From the human T2T-CHM13v2.0 reference genome, Homo sapiens: DNA of 64,000 nucleotides. Where the stretch lies: the NCBI RefSeq assembly GCF_009914755.1, contig NC_060935.1; one strand, written 5' to 3'. The notes under the pieces were generated by a model that did no database searches, was not told where the DNA came from, and saw only the letters and a list, made by a program, of their open reading frames with translations. Positions 46,212 to 64,000 of the stretch are shown piece by piece. Position 1 is the first letter of the stretch; the number at the start of each line of letters is the position of its first letter. The position numbers and the translations under genes are program-made.

Positions 46212-47177
46212 TCAAGCCCCCATCTCATTGGTGCCCACGGTGGGCGTCTCCCCACCTTCCAGCTCGGGCTCCTCGCGAAGCGCCTGTTGGAGCACAGTCC
46301 CCAGGGACCTGGTGGGCAGCCTGTGGCTCCTCCGGCTGCCCACCAGGAAGTAGATGACGGGGTTGGCGCTGCTGCTTACGGACGAGGAGAGGCGTGACAA
46401 GCTGAAGCACAGGACCTGCATCTCGGGCGGCAGGCTCAACCAGTAGAGCACAAACCAGTAGATGCTCAGAGGCAGGGAACAGATGAGGAACACCAGGACA
46501 GAGGCCAGGACCACCACGAACAGCCGTGTGGGCTGCCGCCGCCACTGCTGGGAGCTCCTCCGCACCCAGACAAAGAGGGTCAGGCTGGACAGAGTCATCA
46601 CTGGGGTTAAGACCCCCATGATGAGGGCGGCCTGGACCATGTCCACCCTGAAGCACCGATCTTCATTGAATTTCAAGAACTTGCTGCAGAAGGAAGAGGT
46701 CAACCCGTTCATCAGGAGACAGAGCGTCCACAGCAGGCCACACACCCAGGCTGACAGGTGCCTGGGCCGGTGACACTTGAACCAGATAGGGAAGAGGACA
46801 GAGAGACAGCGCTGGGTGCTGATGGCCGTCAGCAGGCTCAGGCCCACTGTGTAGGCAAAGTACATCAGTCTCTTCATCAGCTCGTGGACCTTGTCAGTGG
46901 TATTGACCAGGGGCTGGGTTTCCAGGCTGAGCGTGGAAGCCATGCTGAAGAGGAAGAGGAGGTCGGCTGCCGCCAGGTTGAGGATATAGATGCAGAAGGG
47001 GTTCCTGTGCATTCGAAAGCCCAGCAGCCAGATCACCATGCTGTTGCCTGCCATCCCGCACAGGCAGGTGAACATGGCCAGGGAGCTCAGCACCAGGTAG
47101 GCCGTGTGCACTGTGCTCCCTCTGGAATAGTTTAGGGCTGACTCCACGGTCCCACTGCTATTCAAAGTCTGGTTCAT
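46212..47177 (-). CDS. MRGPRD: Mas-related G protein-coupled receptor D (beta-alanine receptor), 321 aa, uninterrupted CDS
   Basis: ATG at 47177-47175, MNQTLNSSGTVESALNYS...; 7 hydrophobic segments; GNxxV, YILNLAAAD, STQRC (Mrg variant of DRY), WFKCHRP, CSLP and NPVIYFLVG; R103, C164/C175, D179 and W241 are present. Confidence 0.97.
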   Translation of the reverse strand: MNQTLNSSGTVESALNYSRGSTVHTAYLVLSSLAMFTCLCGMAGNSMVIWLLGFRMHRNPFCIYILNLAAADLLFLFSMASTLSLETQPLVNTTDKVHELMKRLMYFAYTVGLSLLTAISTQRCLSVLFPIWFKCHRPRHLSAWVCGLLWTLCLLMNGLTSSFCSKFLKFNEDRCFRVDMVQAALIMGVLTPVMTLSSLTLFVWVRRSSQQWRRQPTRLFVVVLASVLVFLICSLPLSIYWFVLYWLSLPPEMQVLCFSLSRLSSSVSSSANPVIYFLVGSRRSHRLPTRSLGTVLQQALREEPELEGGETPTVGTNEMGA

Positions 47178-47179
47178 CC

Positions 47180-47200
47180 CTACGAGAGGAAGATGTACCA
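47180..47200 (-). promoter_or_regulatory. Putative 3' splice acceptor just upstream of the MRGPRD ATG
   Basis: The - strand reads tggtacatcttcctctcgtag|ggATG: a pyrimidine tract followed by TAG. Confidence 0.65.
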
Positions 47201-47384
47201 ATGTGAAATTCTGTGTTGCTGGGACCACGGGGGACCCCTGGGTGCCCCTCGAATTTCCAGCTTCAGAGCTCTCCCCTCCAGGTTCTTTATGTAACAGACC
47301 ATGACCGGGAGGCTTAACCTTCCCCCACTCCTGTGACTCACTCAGCCCAGATCTGCCTCCAGGGTCACCTTTATAGCTACAAAG

Positions 47385-56200
<8,816 letters not shown>

Positions 56201-56934
56201 ACCGGTTTCCTTCTACAGGGATATCATTACTTTTTCTTGTGAGAGCCCCACGTTGTCATAAAGGTTTTGCTACCCAGGCATTTGGCATTGGCCTCTGTGG
56301 ATATTCAAAGGATTTCACAGGTCCAGGACCAGGTTTTTGATGGATTTCTTGGCTAGGAGATTTGGCATCATGCAAGTGGTAGTAAATTCAGATCCTACAC
56401 CTGTGAATGGTGCAAATTTGGGGCTCTAGCTACTCAAATTGGTGCCCAACTCTACCTGCACGCCCACACATCCACACACCCAGTTACAGGTGGGGTGGAG
56501 CTCCTAACAGCACCCTGGGCAGAACACTGCTTCCTCTGGGCAGCTCCCTGGGCCCTGGCCTCATGCAAGTTCCCCTGTTCAAACTCCCTCCCCAACTTGA
56601 TGCACTCCAAGACCACCTCCTAACCTCTAGCCCTCCCACCCCTAGCCCCTGGAGCCTGTGTCTCATCTGGTGCACCCTGGGCCCCCGGCGTCAGCTCTGG
56701 TTGCTGATTCATTTGTGGCACCTGAAGATTTCTCTTCCTGTCTGTCATCTTTCTACTCAGTATTTTATTTGGGTGGGGCGGGAGGGGAATTGTGTTTTCT
56801 CCAACATTTTTTGGTCTCCACGGTGGGAGCACAGACCCATGTCCCAGAGTTACCAATCTCCACAGGTCACTATAATTGGAAATGTCCCCTCAGGTTTAAA
56901 ACAGATTTAAACATTTACCAAACTCATACTATGT

Positions 56935-57170
56935 GCCAGATACATACATTCCATATATATAAAAACACATATACATATATAATAGTGCACACACACATAT
57001 GCACATAGACATATATACATATCACACATAGCATATATTCATATATACATATGTAGCACATATATACACATAGAGCACATAGCTCTATACACAGCACATA
57101 TACATATACACAGTAAACACACATATATGTATACCCATGTACACGGACACACCGAGCACATATATAACGA
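56935..57170 (+). repeat. Degenerate (CA/TA)n simple repeat
   Basis: acatatatacacatag-type alternating purine-pyrimidine sequence. Confidence 0.85.
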
Positions 57171-57721
57171 TGACCACGAACTCACAGTTGTGGGTAGGAA
57201 ACACACAGTTAAAGGCAGTCCTACCCTACAGCTCAGGGTGTGTCTAACAAGGTGAGGGACTCAGAGGGTAGGACTCAGGTGGGAAGGGGAGCTGGGGGGA
57301 GCCAGGTGAGGGAGCGGGGTGCTGGCTGCAGGAGAAGTGTGCGTGCACGTGGCTGGGTACCAGGGTCAGGCCCTTCCCAGGCGGGCTTGGGCACCGGCTG
57401 CCTGATCCCTCTCCAGCTTGTTGGGGAACCCCCTTCTAATGCCATGGAGCCTGGCCTCTGCCTCTGGGTCACCTGTGCACCCACATGACCGCTGCAGGAC
57501 GACGCGGGTCTACTCCATGTGGATTCAGGGGTGTTTGGGCAGTGCTCTGTGGGGAAGGGAGACCAGGGGCCCCGAAGCTCTGAGAGAGGAGGGTGCAGAC
57601 ACATGCTGCTGTCCCACGGTCCTTGTACTTATACTTCTGATGGGTCTTCCCAGGCCATTGTCCCCCACCTGCCACCTTCCCCATCCCCCACTCTGCTCTG
57701 GGTGTCTGGACAGGGTGGTGA

Positions 57722-62067
<4,346 letters not shown>

Positions 62068-62082
62068 TAGAATGTGTTGAGG

Positions 62083-62090
<8 letters not shown>

Positions 62091-62130
<40 letters not shown>
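62091..62130 (+). repeat. (TG)20 microsatellite
   Basis: Perfect dinucleotide run. Confidence 0.97.
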
Positions 62131-62132
<2 letters not shown>

Positions 62133-64000
62133 GGGGAAGGCACTAGGTTGGAAACTGTCCTCTCATATTCAATGTCAAGTAAGTTTTCCAATAGAGAATC
62201 TCTCATGTTAACTTTTAGGATTCCTGTCCTCAAAAGCCTTGCTTGACCTTTTGTCCATGCCACTGAAGACACAAAAATGTGTTCTTTCCCACGGCTAGTA
62301 TGACGTTGTCCCTTTCTCCCTGTGCCTTAAACATCTTTAAAAACGACACAGATAAGATGCAAAGATTCTTATTTTGAAAGCTTCCAATGCTAAAGAAGAA
62401 AGAAGGTCTACCCTTGTCTTCACCCCCAGGTATCACTATAAATCCTTGAAGATTTTTTTTTCTGTGCATTTACCTATCAATATATGTTTTTTACATAAAT
62501 GAAAATATAGGGCCTGGTTGTCTCGTAAGCTTGCTTTCTCAAAAACAAACTATGTCTTCTTGAATTTAGCTTGTCCGACGCTTCTCCGTGCTGTGCTGCA
62601 CACTGAGGTGGCAGGTCCCAGGGTTGGTGACATGAGCTCATCCGCGCTTTGAATGTTTTTGAGGTGGGTTTCATTATTTCTGCTTTATTTGGGCTCAGAG
62701 AAGCTGAGACACTTGCTGGGCTACCTGGCTACCCTGGCCGAACAGGAACTCCCCCAACGTCCCACGGGGTGCAAAGCATCGCTTCTGTCCCCCACGCTCT
62801 CCTGCCTTCACCCAGATTGCAAAAAACAGGCCTCTCACCTGTCTTGGATGCAGTGTGTGGTCCCTCGGTGAAGGTGGCTGGTGCCTGCCCACTCCAGTGC
62901 TGGAGGCCTCAGCAGCCACCTAGGCCCAGGCCCCTGAGCCGCTCGCCCTGTTCTGGCTCTGGCCTGAGCTGCCTGCTTCTCTCCCGCTGGGCAGGGCTGC
63001 CCCCAGGCTCAGAGGAGCCTGTCCCCAGGATCCCCTGATGATCTTCGCTAGGTTCCCTCTGAGCAGTGGGAAGCCGGGCCTGAGGTATAAATGCAGGATG
63101 GGTGCCGGCCCCGCCTGCCAGGGCCTCTGCACGTGGGTACCGCGGTGCTGGCCCAGAAGAGCCAGCTCAAGTCTAATGGACCTGAGCATGAACCCCCGGC
63201 CCCCACAGGAGACAGCTTGGCGGCAGTGAAATGGAGGATGAGGCTGGGGCCTTCAAGGAAAGGTGATACCTCCCTTCCTGAATGCCACCAGGGATGGCCG
63301 AGGAGACCTCACAGCATTAGTGAGACCCACCGTGGGGGGTTCAGGTGAAGCCATGGAGGAAATGGGGGTTCTTGTGGGCTGGGAAAGGCTATTACAGCCA
63401 CCCCCAACTGCCTGCCTGGGGAGATGCTCTGGCTAATGGACTCACTAAGGATGCTGCCTACGGAGGGATGGGGAGGAAGAAGAGCTGGGCCCGGAGCCCA
63501 GGATCTTATTTCCAGTCTGAGTTCCACTGCTTGTGAGTTGGGGAACCACACCATTCAGGTGACGTCTCTGAGCCTCAAAGTCCTCACCAAAATGCCTGTA
63601 GTCCCTCAGGGCCTCCCTCAATTCCTAGAAAGAAGGGGAGCTCACACACATGCCACACAGGCAGATGGTAGAGCAGCCCTTTCCCCCACACCGGCCGAGG
63701 CCCCCTTCCTGCCTGGCGAGGGAAGAGTTCTGATGTGTCAGTCCCCTCAAGGGCAGGATGGAGGCCGGCATCTTATCCGTGTCACCTGCCCTGTGAGGGT
63801 GCTGGCCTGGAGCAGGTGCCGGGTGGGCCGTATGGGTGGTGCAGCGGATGGCTGAGTCTCTAGGACGGTCCCCGAGCTAGCATGGTGTTCATTCTCACTG
63901 TCCCGCCCTGCAGCGGAAGGAGGTATAGGCATGGGAGATGCTGGGCATCTGCTTTGAACAAATGTGCATGAGGAAAGAAAAAGCGGGGACCCCAGACGTT

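Noticed and set aside
47178-47228. 17-aa N-terminal extension of MRGPRD in the ORF track
   Set aside because: It uses a GTG start and runs through the putative intron acceptor; the ATG at 47177 gives the recognised 321-aa protein.
63080-63095. TATAAA box on the + strand
   Set aside because: An isolated hexamer with no supporting gene structure in the window.

Overview
Human (primate) genomic DNA, recognisable as the 11q13 interval that runs from the 3' end of IGHMBP2 to beyond MRGPRD. Positions 1-5.7 kb hold the last four IGHMBP2 exons on the + strand (414-537, 1352-2206, 3297-3469, 4649-4846 plus 3'UTR). They encode the C-terminal SF1 helicase motifs, the R3H domain, a basic NLS and the AN1 zinc finger. 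The complete MRGPRD GPCR CDS lies on the - strand at 46212-47177. The rest is repeat-dense non-coding DNA: about 40 Alu/FLAM elements, old L1/L2/MIR, MaLR and ERV solo LTRs (including an internally deleted LTR12C), MER1A, MER47 and Zaphod-like DNA transposons, a 33-bp minisatellite and a G-rich tract. I see no credible new gene system, and nearly all other listed ORFs are artefacts. The most unusual structures are: (i) a 126-bp unique segment copied in inverted orientation into an Alu monomer 1.8 kb away; (ii) an indel-free 32-unit minisatellite that arose inside an ancient MLT1 LTR and has higher-order structure; (iii) several template-switch scars in Alus; (iv) a splice acceptor directly before the MRGPRD ATG, implying an upstream exon. 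Repeat family names come from recalled consensus sequences and need Dfam/RepeatMasker confirmation. Repeat boundaries without stated TSDs are approximate.
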